Source: a virus. Taken from it: a stretch of DNA of 64,000 bases. A model generated the notes under the pieces. The model was not told where the DNA came from and did not search any database. It worked only from the letters and a program-made list of their open reading frames with translations. The DNA is taken from positions 1-64,000 of the IMG/VR virus record IMGVR_UViG_3300019487_000006. One strand, given 5' to 3'. This document shows positions 52,912-61,248 of the stretch, in pieces. How positions within the stretch are numbered: the stretch's first letter is position 1; each line of letters begins with the position of its first letter. Both the position numbers and the translations under genes were made by a program.

Positions 52912-53168
52912 CAACGCACAAACCCGACCACCTGATACCACCAGACACCGGCATCGGCCCTCCCGCGCCTATCTACTTTGCGAACGATGCGCCACCATAC
53001 CGGCGCAAGGGAGGCAAGACACCGAGTCCGTTCTGCGAGAAGTGCTGGCTAAGTCGCGTTCAGCGACAAGGGGAGGTCTGCGTTCACTGTACGGGTGGCA
53101 CCGTTCCCGCGTTCAAGCCCGATGCGGTGCCGAGCACGAAGGGAGGGGAACATGGTCAAGATCGTTGA
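52908..53168 (+). CDS. small CxxC protein
   Basis: ATG 52908 overlaps the upstream stop (ATGA). FCEKCW...VCVHC. Confidence 0.4.
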   Translation: MTTHKPDHLIPPDTGIGPPAPIYFANDAPPYRRKGGKTPSPFCEKCWLSRVQRQGEVCVHCTGGTVPAFKPDAVPSTKGGEHGQDR

Positions 53169-53352
53169 AGCATTGGTTAAGGCTCCGTTCGTTTTCATAG
53201 GCGCGGTATTGCTCGCGCTTGCGAGCGTGGTTGGAGGGCTGGCGGTCTACTTGACCAGCGAAACGCTGACACTTGCACAGAGTCGGAGGACATTCGCGGT
53301 TCTCATAGCTTGGTATGTGTTGAACGCCGTGGAGGATACCAAGGAAAAGTAG
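53152..53352 (+). CDS. small two-TM membrane protein
   Basis: ATG 53152 follows GGAGGGG. FVFIGAVLLALASVVGGLAVYL and FAVLIAWYVL. Confidence 0.4.
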   Translation: MVKIVEALVKAPFVFIGAVLLALASVVGGLAVYLTSETLTLAQSRRTFAVLIAWYVLNAVEDTKEK

Positions 53353-53384
53353 GGGTAACTAACTCAAGGGAAAAGGGGGCCGTC

Positions 53385-53678
53385 ATGGCACGATTTAAGG
53401 GCACCGTCCAGGGCAATCGGAATTTAGTATCTAGGATAGGCCACGAAACTAGTGGAATAGTCACGGAGTGCAACGGGTGGCAGTCGGGTGTGCATGTTCA
53501 GGGGAGAGTCGGGGAGGATGGGCGCGATGTGTTTACGATCACGGCCACGGGAGGGAGCAACTATAGAAGCGCGAGTATCATGGTTGGCAAAGTGACCGTC
53601 AACGACAAAGGCCGGATGGAGTTTAATCCATCGAGAGAATTTATTGCTCGATTCACCCGTGCCTTAGAAGGGGAGTAA
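53385..53678 (+). CDS. hypothetical protein
   Basis: ATG 53385 follows AAAGGGGG. 97 aa. Confidence 0.4.
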   Translation: MARFKGTVQGNRNLVSRIGHETSGIVTECNGWQSGVHVQGRVGEDGRDVFTITATGGSNYRSASIMVGKVTVNDKGRMEFNPSREFIARFTRALEGE

Positions 53679-53683
53679 AACCC

Positions 53684-54010
53684 ATGAATGCGATGACCCC
53701 GTTTACACGCAGTATTCTGGTTGCATCGGGCCGACGCCTTCACCTCACGACCTACGACGCGATTGATCTATCACGCGGGAAGCCTTTTCGTTTAAACAAG
53801 CGAGAGTATAAGCATACGTGGGCCGAGCGCCTCGACAAACCAGACATTTTGAAGTTCTCTTATATCAAGTTTAGGGAGGAAACCCTAGAGGACACCTTGC
53901 AAAACAATCTCGCCTACTGGCGGGTCGTGTCGAAAGAGATACAGGCGTTTAATCGAGCGGCACGGGGCTTGCATGTAGACAGAAGAAAAAATCCTCTAAA
54001 AATATCTTGA
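53684..54010 (+). CDS. hypothetical protein
   Basis: 108-aa ORF. RBS GGGGAG. Confidence 0.4.
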   Translation: MNAMTPFTRSILVASGRRLHLTTYDAIDLSRGKPFRLNKREYKHTWAERLDKPDILKFSYIKFREETLEDTLQNNLAYWRVVSKEIQAFNRAARGLHVDRRKNPLKIS

Positions 54011-54035
54011 CACAAATACGCGGGCAGGGTATAAC
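54007..54035 (+). promoter_or_regulatory. sigma70-like promoter (TTGACA-N17-TATAAC) upstream of the MoxR-like gene
   Basis: TTGACAcaaatacgcgggcagggTATAAC lies 57 nt before ATG 54092. Confidence 0.5.
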
Positions 54036-54091
54036 ACACTATCACCCTATAGGAAAAAGTCTATATCACTCACACTCACAAGGGAGGGGCC

Positions 54092-55126
54092 ATGAAAGTC
54101 ACAGTTGAACAAGCGGAGGTGTTGATAACGTCCTGTATGAAACGGGGGAAGCCGGTCACGTTGCTCGGCCCCGCCGGATGCGCGAAAACCGCGCTTTTCA
54201 TGCAGGTGGCAAAAAAGCTGGGGTATCACTGTCTAGTATTCCATCCGGTCACAAGTGACCCCACAGACTTCAAAGGCTTTCCCTGGATTAGTGAGGACAA
54301 ACAAAGCGCGGACTTCGTGCCGTTCGGAGAGTTTGGGCGGTTACTATCCGCGACGGAACCGACACTGGCGTTTTTTGACGACTTGGGCCATGCTACCAAA
54401 GCCGTACAAGGGACGCTCATGCAACCGGTACACAAGCGGACGTTGAACGGCCACGTTATCCCTGAGTGTGTCCGGTTCGGCTTTGCTTCCAACCGGCGGG
54501 AGGACAAGGCAGGCGTTGAGGGGATTATTGAGCCGTTGCTGTCCAGGTGTCATGGCGTCTTCGACATTGTGCCGGATACCGACTCCTTTGCGGCGTGGTG
54601 GATGCGGGAGAATAAACCCCAGGAAGTGATCGGGTTCCTCAAGTTCCGCCCCGAATTCCTCTACAGCACGGACAAAAAACATGCGATGTATAATTTCCCG
54701 TGTTTCCGTACGTGGGAGGCCGTAGGCGATTGGCTGGCCGCCGACCTTCCTGCATCCCTCGAAAAGACAGCCTACTGCGGAGCCGTGGGCGAGGGGGCAG
54801 GCACGGAGTTTTTCGCCTACCTGAAAATTTACCGTGAAATCCCCGATGTGGACGAAGCCCTGGCCAACCCCGACAAGGCCCCGATTCCAACCAATGCGTC
54901 TATCTTGTGGGCGTTTACCACGGCGTTCGCGTACCGTGCGAGCCGTAAAACCTTCCCGTCTATCGCCACGTATATTGACCGGTTGGCGAAGGCTAACAAA
55001 GAAGAACAAGCAGTCTATTTGTTCAAGGGCGCGTATACCCGTTGCAAGGAAATCGAACGAGCGGCGGAGTTTTCCAAGCTGGCGAGTTCCAGGATAGGAA
55101 AACTTATCACGCCGAGCGGAGAGTAA
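54092..55126 (+). CDS. MoxR/CobS-like AAA+ ATPase
   Basis: Walker A LLGPAGCAKT. Walker B LAFFDDLG. About 340 aa, as for AAA_5-type ATPases. Confidence 0.7.
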   Translation: MKVTVEQAEVLITSCMKRGKPVTLLGPAGCAKTALFMQVAKKLGYHCLVFHPVTSDPTDFKGFPWISEDKQSADFVPFGEFGRLLSATEPTLAFFDDLGHATKAVQGTLMQPVHKRTLNGHVIPECVRFGFASNRREDKAGVEGIIEPLLSRCHGVFDIVPDTDSFAAWWMRENKPQEVIGFLKFRPEFLYSTDKKHAMYNFPCFRTWEAVGDWLAADLPASLEKTAYCGAVGEGAGTEFFAYLKIYREIPDVDEALANPDKAPIPTNASILWAFTTAFAYRASRKTFPSIATYIDRLAKANKEEQAVYLFKGAYTRCKEIERAAEFSKLASSRIGKLITPSGE

Positions 55127-55127
55127 C

Positions 55128-55349
55128 TTGATCGTAGGTAGACTTTTAGACACGGTTGAGCGTGAGGGTGTTTGCCAATGCGGTCACTCCTACCTCTTTC
55201 ACCATAAAGCCGTATCGGAAGGTGGGGCACAAGTTGTGCTTAGATGGTGTGTCGGTCAATCCATTACCAGGAGCTTTGGCTGTGTTTGCAAGAAGTTTCG
55301 CTACTCTCGCTTCAACACGGTAAAGGCCGCTCTACGTGGGGAAATATGA
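55128..55349 (+). CDS. small Cys-rich protein (TTG start?)
   Basis: 73-aa ORF. CQCGH...CVCKKF. The start codon is uncertain. Confidence 0.3.
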   Translation: MIVGRLLDTVEREGVCQCGHSYLFHHKAVSEGGAQVVLRWCVGQSITRSFGCVCKKFRYSRFNTVKAALRGEI

Positions 55350-55508
55350 GACAGGTAGACTATGAAGACGGCTGGTGTACGTACACGCTCCGTTTGGTGG
55401 ATGTTTTGGTAAAGGGTTATGGTCTGACGGTGGTATGAAGTGCGGGTGCTGTAAGTTTGTTTATAGTCCAGTCGAAACAATCAAGGCAGTATTTGACGGG
55501 AGGGACGA

Positions 55509-56357
55509 ATGAACATCAAAGACCACGCCATGCTTGCCAGTCTCAACCTCAAAGTGTGGACTGCGAGGAAGTACGATAAGGCCGCGAGTGATGCAGTGGC
55601 CACTGTCTACAGTGTCACGACAAAGGCGGGCCGGTACAATAAAAACCTTCTCCCGCAAGGCAGCAAGCAGTACGAAGTGATCTTGACGATTATGGGTGAA
55701 GCGCGAAACGCATTTTATCACTATACGCTCCCCTGGACGCAGGACGGGGCCAGGATTCTACCGGCCACTGCGTTCATGGACTTCACGGACAGTATGAACA
55801 AGCACGAAGCAGCGTTTAGTCCAGCCGTGGCACAATTCATTCAGGAATTTCCAATGATGGTTACGAACGCACAGCACAACTTAGGCACCTTGTTCAAGCC
55901 GCAGGACTACCCCGCCGATATTGCGGACAGGTTCGGTTTTAAGGTGTCCATCTTTCCATTACCGGACGCTGGGGATTTTCGAGTCGGGTTGAACGTCGAG
56001 GAAGTGCAGGACATACGCGACAGTATCACGGCGAACGTGCAAGAGGCGGTCAAGGACGCTATGCAAGAGCTATACCAACGGTTGTTTGATACCGTCGCGC
56101 ATATGGCCGACTGTCTCAGTGATGCGGATAAAATCTTTCGAGACAGTCTAGTGGACAATCTTGTACGGGTTTGTAAGGTGTTGCCAAAGCTGAATCTCAC
56201 AAACGATGTTCGTTTACACGATCTACACAAGGAAGTCACGCAGCACTTGCTTGGACACTCCCCAAAAGACTTGCGAACGGACAAGGTGTTAAGGAAACAA
56301 GTAGCTGACAAGGCGGTTGAGTTGCAGAAAAAAATGCAAACCATGATGGGGCAGTAG
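55509..56357 (+). CDS. DUF3150-like protein
   Basis: LNLKVWTARKYDKAAS near the N-terminus. It sits between the MoxR-like ATPase and VWA genes, as in cobS-DUF3150-cobT-like triads. Confidence 0.5.
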   Translation: MNIKDHAMLASLNLKVWTARKYDKAASDAVATVYSVTTKAGRYNKNLLPQGSKQYEVILTIMGEARNAFYHYTLPWTQDGARILPATAFMDFTDSMNKHEAAFSPAVAQFIQEFPMMVTNAQHNLGTLFKPQDYPADIADRFGFKVSIFPLPDAGDFRVGLNVEEVQDIRDSITANVQEAVKDAMQELYQRLFDTVAHMADCLSDADKIFRDSLVDNLVRVCKVLPKLNLTNDVRLHDLHKEVTQHLLGHSPKDLRTDKVLRKQVADKAVELQKKMQTMMGQ

Positions 56358-56367
56358 GGAGGTACAA

Positions 56368-57594
56368 ATGGGAATGACCCCCGCCGATAAAATTAAACGG
56401 GCACGTATCCGGTTATTGCTCACTCAACCGTTTTTCGGCAACCTCGCGTGTCGGATGGAAGTGATGGAAAACCCCGCTGTGACTTCTACAATGGGCACGG
56501 AGGGCCGCAATCTGTTTTACAACGCGAAGTTTGTGGATACTCTGACCCAAGAGGAATTGATCGGCGTAATTTGTCACGAAGTTTTACACTGTGCGAACCT
56601 GCATCATTTACGGGTCGGACGTAGGCATCCGGTTGTGTGGAACCTCGCCTGTGACTACGCCATTAACCCGACCATCGAAGAGAATAACTTCAAGCTCCCG
56701 AAGGATTGCCTACTCGATCAAAAGTATAAGGGATGGGCAGCGGAACGGATTTACGATGACTTACTTAATAGTGGTAAGGTGAAAATTATCACTGTGACCG
56801 TCTCCGGTGGGCAAGGCGATGGACAGTCTGGTGAAAGTGAACAGGGGGATAGTTCAGTCGCAGGTGGTACCGCTGTGAACAAAGACGGAACGCCAATTGT
56901 CCCGTCCTGTGGGGAAGTGTTGCCGGTATCGGGCACCGAGGAACAAAAAAAGCAGGACGGCGAGGATTGGACGGTGGCCGTGCGACAAGCCGCCTTGTCC
57001 GCAAAGATGCAGGGCAAACTACCGGCTAACTTAGCTGGCTGGATTGACAAATTAGTAGAACCGGTGGTGGACTGGAAGGGGCTCCTATGGGAGTTCGTTG
57101 AAACAGTGACAAACCAAGACGACTATACATACAACCGACCCAACTCACGGTACATCGGGTACGACCTGTTCCTTCCGACCATGCACGGGGAGGCGTGTCC
57201 GTCCTTGGCAGTGACGATTGATACCTCAGGCAGCGTGTCCGAGCAAGAGTTGACCGCGTTCCTGTCTGAGCTAAACAATCTGGTCGAAACGATGCGGCCA
57301 GAACGGACGTTTATCCTCGACTGTGACGCGACGGTACATAAGTGTCGCGTGTTTGAGCGAGGCGAGAGTTTGTTCAAAGACGGAAAGTGGAAAACCTACG
57401 GACGTGGTGGAACGGATTTCCGGCCCCCCTTTGATTATATTCAGAAACACCGCCTGGATATAGCGTGTCATATCTACTTGACTGACATGCAAGGGCCGTT
57501 CCCGACCACGCCGCCGCCGTACCCGTGTCTGTGGATTGCCACGACGGACACGAAGGCTCCATTTGGGCAAACAGTCAAGTTAGATTTACGGTGA
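56368..57594 (+). CDS. DUF2201-type putative metallopeptidase + VWA-like domain protein
   Basis: ICHEVLHCANLHH (HExxH). LAVTIDTSGSVS is a MIDAS-like VWA motif. Confidence 0.75.
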   Translation: MGMTPADKIKRARIRLLLTQPFFGNLACRMEVMENPAVTSTMGTEGRNLFYNAKFVDTLTQEELIGVICHEVLHCANLHHLRVGRRHPVVWNLACDYAINPTIEENNFKLPKDCLLDQKYKGWAAERIYDDLLNSGKVKIITVTVSGGQGDGQSGESEQGDSSVAGGTAVNKDGTPIVPSCGEVLPVSGTEEQKKQDGEDWTVAVRQAALSAKMQGKLPANLAGWIDKLVEPVVDWKGLLWEFVETVTNQDDYTYNRPNSRYIGYDLFLPTMHGEACPSLAVTIDTSGSVSEQELTAFLSELNNLVETMRPERTFILDCDATVHKCRVFERGESLFKDGKWKTYGRGGTDFRPPFDYIQKHRLDIACHIYLTDMQGPFPTTPPPYPCLWIATTDTKAPFGQTVKLDLR

Positions 57595-57608
57595 AGGGAC
57601 AGAGGGCT

Positions 57609-58031
57609 ATGGGTTGCGACATACACTGTATGGTCGAGTATCTCCTTCATTCCACAGAGAAAGGTAAGGGAGAGGTTGTAACGCATTGGTGGCTTAACTT
57701 CGGGGGAGTTATTAGTGTTGATCGTAACTACGTCCTGTTTGCAAAAATGGCCGGTGTTCGTAGGTCAGAGACAGTCAAACCAATGTTTAAGCAGCGCGGA
57801 GTACCTAACGACGTGGGATTGGTGGCGATGGGCATATTAGCTAAAGAGTGGGCCCGCGGTCACTCTCACAGTTGGCTGACTCTAGAAGAATTTGAGTCTG
57901 TGTTGACGAGCTACCAACTAGAAGGGTATGAGTTCGAATTAGACGTTGAATGGCGAGCGATGCTGGCAGCGATGCGGACGTTACAGGATGGAGGACACAC
58001 GGTTCGGCTAATTTTTTGGTTTGACAGCTAG
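57609..58031 (+). CDS. hypothetical protein
   Basis: ATG 57609 follows AGAGGG (ORF track 57525..58031). Confidence 0.45.
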   Translation: MGCDIHCMVEYLLHSTEKGKGEVVTHWWLNFGGVISVDRNYVLFAKMAGVRRSETVKPMFKQRGVPNDVGLVAMGILAKEWARGHSHSWLTLEEFESVLTSYQLEGYEFELDVEWRAMLAAMRTLQDGGHTVRLIFWFDS

Positions 58032-58045
58032 GGAGGATACTGGCG

Positions 58046-58342
58046 ATGCACCTTCAGTTTTTTAGGGGGGTAAGCACCGAGACTTACTACGTCTATTATC
58101 CCACGGAACAAGCGTACGTTCGAATAGCCGACCGTCATGGGGAGTGTTTGACTCCGCCTGATATAGTCAGAACTTTCCCGTTTGACACTCGGAGTGTTTA
58201 CCCCGTTGAGTCGCGGCTTGAGTGGATAATCCTAGCCACTCAATTTTTGAACGAAAACCGTGGCCGAATACTTGCTGTCTCACGCGAGCGCGTTAGGGAC
58301 GAGGCAAAACTAAGGAGGATAAACACGCGATGGAAACTTTAA
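58046..58342 (+). CDS. hypothetical protein
   Basis: RBS GGAGGA. 98 aa. Confidence 0.45.
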   Translation: MHLQFFRGVSTETYYVYYPTEQAYVRIADRHGECLTPPDIVRTFPFDTRSVYPVESRLEWIILATQFLNENRGRILAVSRERVRDEAKLRRINTRWKL

Positions 58343-58875
58343 CCCCCCTGCTCCCATTTACTGAGTCGGTTCCGTCGGTGATAAAGTCTGATGCACGACC
58401 AGACGTGTCGGCCTTTTTTGACCACATCAGGAAGTTAAAAGGTGAGGCTGACGCGGCGGACGAGGAGGTACACAAGATTCAGACTTCGGCGGACGATGCA
58501 AAACGTCCATTTATACAAACATCTAGGCGAATTAACGCGGAGATTCATGAAGCTGAGTATACCGCTCGCCAGTTTGCGCCAGTGACGTGCGGAGACTTAC
58601 TATATTCCGTCAAATCTCTGCACTATGGGCGAAAGCCAAAGATTGCGCGGGGTGCCTTCTATTATAAAGTGTCTGACGTTGAGGCCCGTGTCTCGTTGTC
58701 AGACAGTACGGTATCGTTTATGGTAACTGCCAGCCATGTCGCGCCGACAGGGGAAACTCTCGTACGTGGCGCGGTTCGACGTCGTTTATCTGACTTTACG
58801 GGCAAGGTCGTGGACGGACACCAGATGCTGGCAAAATACTACAAGTGCGAAGTGCGTAAACAGTTAAGGGGGTAA
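58330..58875 (+). CDS. hypothetical protein
   Basis: 181 aa. AAGGAGG upstream. Confidence 0.45.
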   Translation: METLTPLLPFTESVPSVIKSDARPDVSAFFDHIRKLKGEADAADEEVHKIQTSADDAKRPFIQTSRRINAEIHEAEYTARQFAPVTCGDLLYSVKSLHYGRKPKIARGAFYYKVSDVEARVSLSDSTVSFMVTASHVAPTGETLVRGAVRRRLSDFTGKVVDGHQMLAKYYKCEVRKQLRG

Positions 58876-58965
58876 AGGGGGTTGACCATGACTAGACAAG
58901 AATTGATCGCCGCCGTGCGCAGAGTTTAATCTCACATACCAAGACGTTGTAGGGAGTATAAGAAC

Positions 58966-59193
58966 ATGGCCAGACCAAAACTAGACCCCCTTAATAAGCG
59001 TCATTATCACTATGTTTGCCGGTTGTGCGGACAGTCGTTCGGAGAGCACGATGAACTTTCCTGTAATTTCCCGTTCAATGATGTTAAAGGATGTTTTTTT
59101 ACGTGGACTAATCGTGAGGCTCAGGTATTCAGAGTGAAGTGTGCCTTACGCGGTATTACACTACCAAACAAACGAGAACGTACTGTAGATTGA
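58966..59193 (+). CDS. small CxxC protein
   Basis: YVCRLCGQSFGEHDELSC. Confidence 0.4.
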   Translation: MARPKLDPLNKRHYHYVCRLCGQSFGEHDELSCNFPFNDVKGCFFTWTNREAQVFRVKCALRGITLPNKRERTVD

Positions 59194-59194
59194 T

Positions 59195-59344
59195 GGATTA
59201 TCTGGAATTACATCGTGTAACCTATTGATATAAGGCCCAATTATTATTTTACGTGAATCCAAAAATCTGGAATTCATTAGTGTTTTCAAAATGTTACGAG
59301 CCGAGTTATCTAAAACTGGATTATCTGGGTACCCTATCTCTCTC
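59195..59344. repeat. left arm of a large imperfect inverted repeat
   Basis: Shares ordered blocks with the reverse complement of 59478..59631: TAACCTATTGA, AATTATT.TTTTACGTGAATCCA, ATGTTAC, GAGTTATCT, GGGTACCC, TATCTCTCTC. Confidence 0.7.
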
Positions 59345-59436
59345 GGTCGTGTAGGGATGGTGGTGTGGGGGTGTTGTGGTTGGTAGTATATATAATAAAA
59401 TCAAATAGTTAATGAAAAAACACACAAGGCCACCTG

Positions 59437-59457
59437 ACAACGTGTTGTGGTGTGTTT
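59437..59457 (+). repeat. 21-nt direct repeat copy 1 (ACAACGTGTTGTGGTGTGTTT)
   Basis: Identical to 59717..59737, exactly 280 bp away. Copy 1 can pair with the upstream AAACACAC...CCAC. Confidence 0.8.
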
Positions 59458-59477
59458 GTTAGTAGTAGAGAGATTGT

Positions 59478-59631
59478 GAGAGAGATAGAGCATGGGTACC
59501 CTGATAATTCAGAAAACAGATAACTCTGCTGTAACATATTGATACACAAAGTAAAAACGGAAAAGCTGGATTCACGTAAAAAAATAATTTAGCCTGATTT
59601 CAATAGGTTATGAGAAATAATTTTAGATAAC
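59478..59631. repeat. right arm of the large imperfect inverted repeat
   Basis: See the left arm, for example TGGATTCACGTAAAA (59567..59581) against TTTTACGTGAATCCA (59247..59261). Confidence 0.7.
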
Positions 59632-59637
59632 GCAGTC

Positions 59638-59646
59638 TGTGGATAA
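59638..59646 (-). promoter_or_regulatory. consensus DnaA-box sequence (TTATCCACA)
   Basis: + strand TGTGGATAA. Several TTATCT-type near-boxes lie in both arms. Confidence 0.35.
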
Positions 59647-59716
59647 CTAGGGACACATATATTTTTTTATGGTTCGTCCTTCGCTTAAACGAACAGTCAA
59701 AATGCTACGGTACGCT

Positions 59717-59737
59717 ACAACGTGTTGTGGTGTGTTT
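59717..59737 (+). repeat. 21-nt direct repeat copy 2
   Basis: Identical to 59437..59457. It lies about 40 nt upstream of the ATG at 59776. Confidence 0.8.
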
Positions 59738-59775
59738 ACGTTGGGCGTGGTCAGCTCAGGTAGAAGGGAGGCACG

Positions 59776-59922
59776 ATGCGTGATTTACTAGACATGCTTG
59801 GCGGGTGGGTGTGGTTGACGGTGGTAGTTGGGTTCATGCTACTACTGGACATCATCGGGTTTATGCAGCGACGTCGTTGGCGGAACAAACAGTACCCACA
59901 ACGTACTCGTACAAAGGATTAG
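59776..59922 (+). CDS. 48-aa single-TM protein with basic tail (putative)
   Basis: GAAGGGAGG then ATG. MRDLLDMLGGWVWLTVVVGFMLLLDIIGFMQRRRWRNKQYPQRTRTKD, read by hand. Confidence 0.45.
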   Translation: MRDLLDMLGGWVWLTVVVGFMLLLDIIGFMQRRRWRNKQYPQRTRTKD

Positions 59923-59956
59923 TAATATGGTGCTGGAGGCTAGAAAGGAGAAAATC

Positions 59957-60214
59957 ATGGATACTACTCTACGACTGACCACAAAGGCCCGCGTGCGCGG
60001 CCTATTAACACTCCTGGTATTCGCTTGTGCGGTGGTGATACCCCAATCAGGGGACTGCCACCACGACGGGGGCAGCGGAATGTCGCCAGGGGGCTGTACG
60101 ACGCAAATCTGGCAGGGTCCTGGGGGAACCCAACTCTGTACCACCTGCTGCAACGTCCGTAACCCGAATGACTGTACGACGTGGTGTACCCCGTGGGGTG
60201 GTGGAGGAAAATGA
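59957..60214 (+). CDS. secreted (or lipo-) Cys/Thr/Gly-rich peptide, 85 aa
   Basis: AAAGGAG then ATG 59957 (within track ORF 59828..60214). Signal-like RVRGLLTLLVFACAVV. Mature part has 7 Cys and the recurring motif C-T-T/P (GCTTQ, LCTTCC, DCTTW, WCTPW). Confidence 0.5.
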   Translation: MDTTLRLTTKARVRGLLTLLVFACAVVIPQSGDCHHDGGSGMSPGGCTTQIWQGPGGTQLCTTCCNVRNPNDCTTWCTPWGGGGK

Positions 60215-60232
60215 GGTCCAACAAAAAAACCC

Positions 60233-60261
60233 TTGACTTCATGTAAACGAGGTTATAGAGT
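60233..60261 (+). promoter_or_regulatory. possible promoter (TTGACT-N17-TAGAGT) upstream of the LuxR-type gene
   Basis: ccTTGACTtcatgtaaacgaggttaTAGAGTtacgt. Confidence 0.3.
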
Positions 60262-60307
60262 TACGTCTATAGGGTAACTTGTCGGAGTGGTGGTATACGG
60301 AGGTCCT

Positions 60308-60535
60308 GTGAAAAAGAAACGAGCGGTGAAGGCTCTCTCAAAACGTCAGCAACAGATATTAGAGGCGTTCTGGCGCGGTGAGAGTATCACCGATACCGCC
60401 GACCGCTTACACCTCAACCGGAAAACTATTGAGTTGTACCGGCGGAATACCAAGCACAAGTTCAAGGTGGACACGATGGCTGAAGCCGCGCATGCGGCGT
60501 TACGCCTCGGTTGGTTGACGGTCAAGGGGGTCTAA
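60308..60535 (+). CDS. LuxR/GerE-type HTH transcriptional regulator (stand-alone HTH)
   Basis: GTG 60308 lies 4 nt after GGAGG (ORF track 60287..60535). LSKRQQQILEAFWRGESITDTADRLHLNRKTIELYRRNTKHKFKV. Confidence 0.65.
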   Translation: MKKKRAVKALSKRQQQILEAFWRGESITDTADRLHLNRKTIELYRRNTKHKFKVDTMAEAAHAALRLGWLTVKGV

Positions 60536-60537
60536 CA

Positions 60538-60732
60538 GTGGTATGGTGGGCGTTTCAGGTCACGATTCTTTCGATCCAGCTAGCCATTGGCCCGTTTGGG
60601 TCTATAGAGGAATGTCGGATTCAACGGACAAAACTCTTGCGGCAACTCGCAGCCGTGACGGTGCCCTACGAGGTTGAGCGGTGTCGGACGGTAAAAGTGT
60701 GGGAAATCAAACCGGTGGGGAGGCCGCGATGA
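60538..60732 (+). CDS. small hydrophobic-N-terminus protein
   Basis: GTG 60538 follows AAGGGGG (ORF track 60511..60732). Confidence 0.35.
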   Translation: MVWWAFQVTILSIQLAIGPFGSIEECRIQRTKLLRQLAAVTVPYEVERCRTVKVWEIKPVGRPR

Positions 60733-60905
60733 GCGTGAAGGTGTTTTTTCACAACGTATTCGGCTTGCATTGTTGGCATTATACAGGTCTAACGAAATGG
60801 ATTCGACCAGAATGCCATGGTATTAAAGGTCCGCGTACCATTGGGTTTATTGACCGATGCTGCATCTGCAAACAGTCTAAGGCGTTTATGTCTAATGGGT
60901 GGTGA
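60729..60905 (+). CDS. small Cys-rich protein
   Basis: ATG 60729 overlaps the upstream stop. CWHY...PECHG...DRCCICK. Confidence 0.35.
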   Translation: MSVKVFFHNVFGLHCWHYTGLTKWIRPECHGIKGPRTIGFIDRCCICKQSKAFMSNGW

Positions 60906-60909
60906 TGCC

Positions 60910-61248
60910 ATGAGCATGAAGCGTTTGCCAGATGAGCGGTTGCGACAAATTCGCCGTGAATTGGGTAGTTGCAGCTTGGAAGCGGACAGTCGACCAACCC
61001 TGTATGACGAGCTTGATGGGCATATTCGGGCGCTTCAAGCCGACTACGACCGTCTGGCCGAGGCGGTGAAGGCATTGCCTTTATTAGAAGGGAAAATTTG
61101 GTCATGCCGCGAGCAGTCGCGTGACCCGTGGTTATCAGTCTGCTTTGGAACGGAAGGCGACTATCAGGTGTTTGCCAGAAGCTTAACAAACACCGAAGCC
61201 AACGCCCTCGCCGCGCTTCTCAAACTACGGCAGGAGATGGAGGGGTAG
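60910..61248 (+). CDS. hypothetical helical protein
   Basis: ATG 60910 (ORF track 60817..61248). Confidence 0.4.
   Translation: MSMKRLPDERLRQIRRELGSCSLEADSRPTLYDELDGHIRALQADYDRLAEAVKALPLLEGKIWSCREQSRDPWLSVCFGTEGDYQVFARSLTNTEANALAALLKLRQEMEG

Noticed and set aside
59371-59737. GTGTTGTGGT / 21-mer repeats as a CRISPR array
   Set aside because: There are only two full copies, 280 bp apart, plus one partial copy. There is no regular repeat-spacer periodicity and no cas genes.
59957-60214. Cys/Thr-rich peptide as a lanthipeptide/RiPP precursor
   Set aside because: No dehydratase, cyclase, radical-SAM enzyme or protease/transporter gene is present in the window. It is kept only as a speculative alternative.
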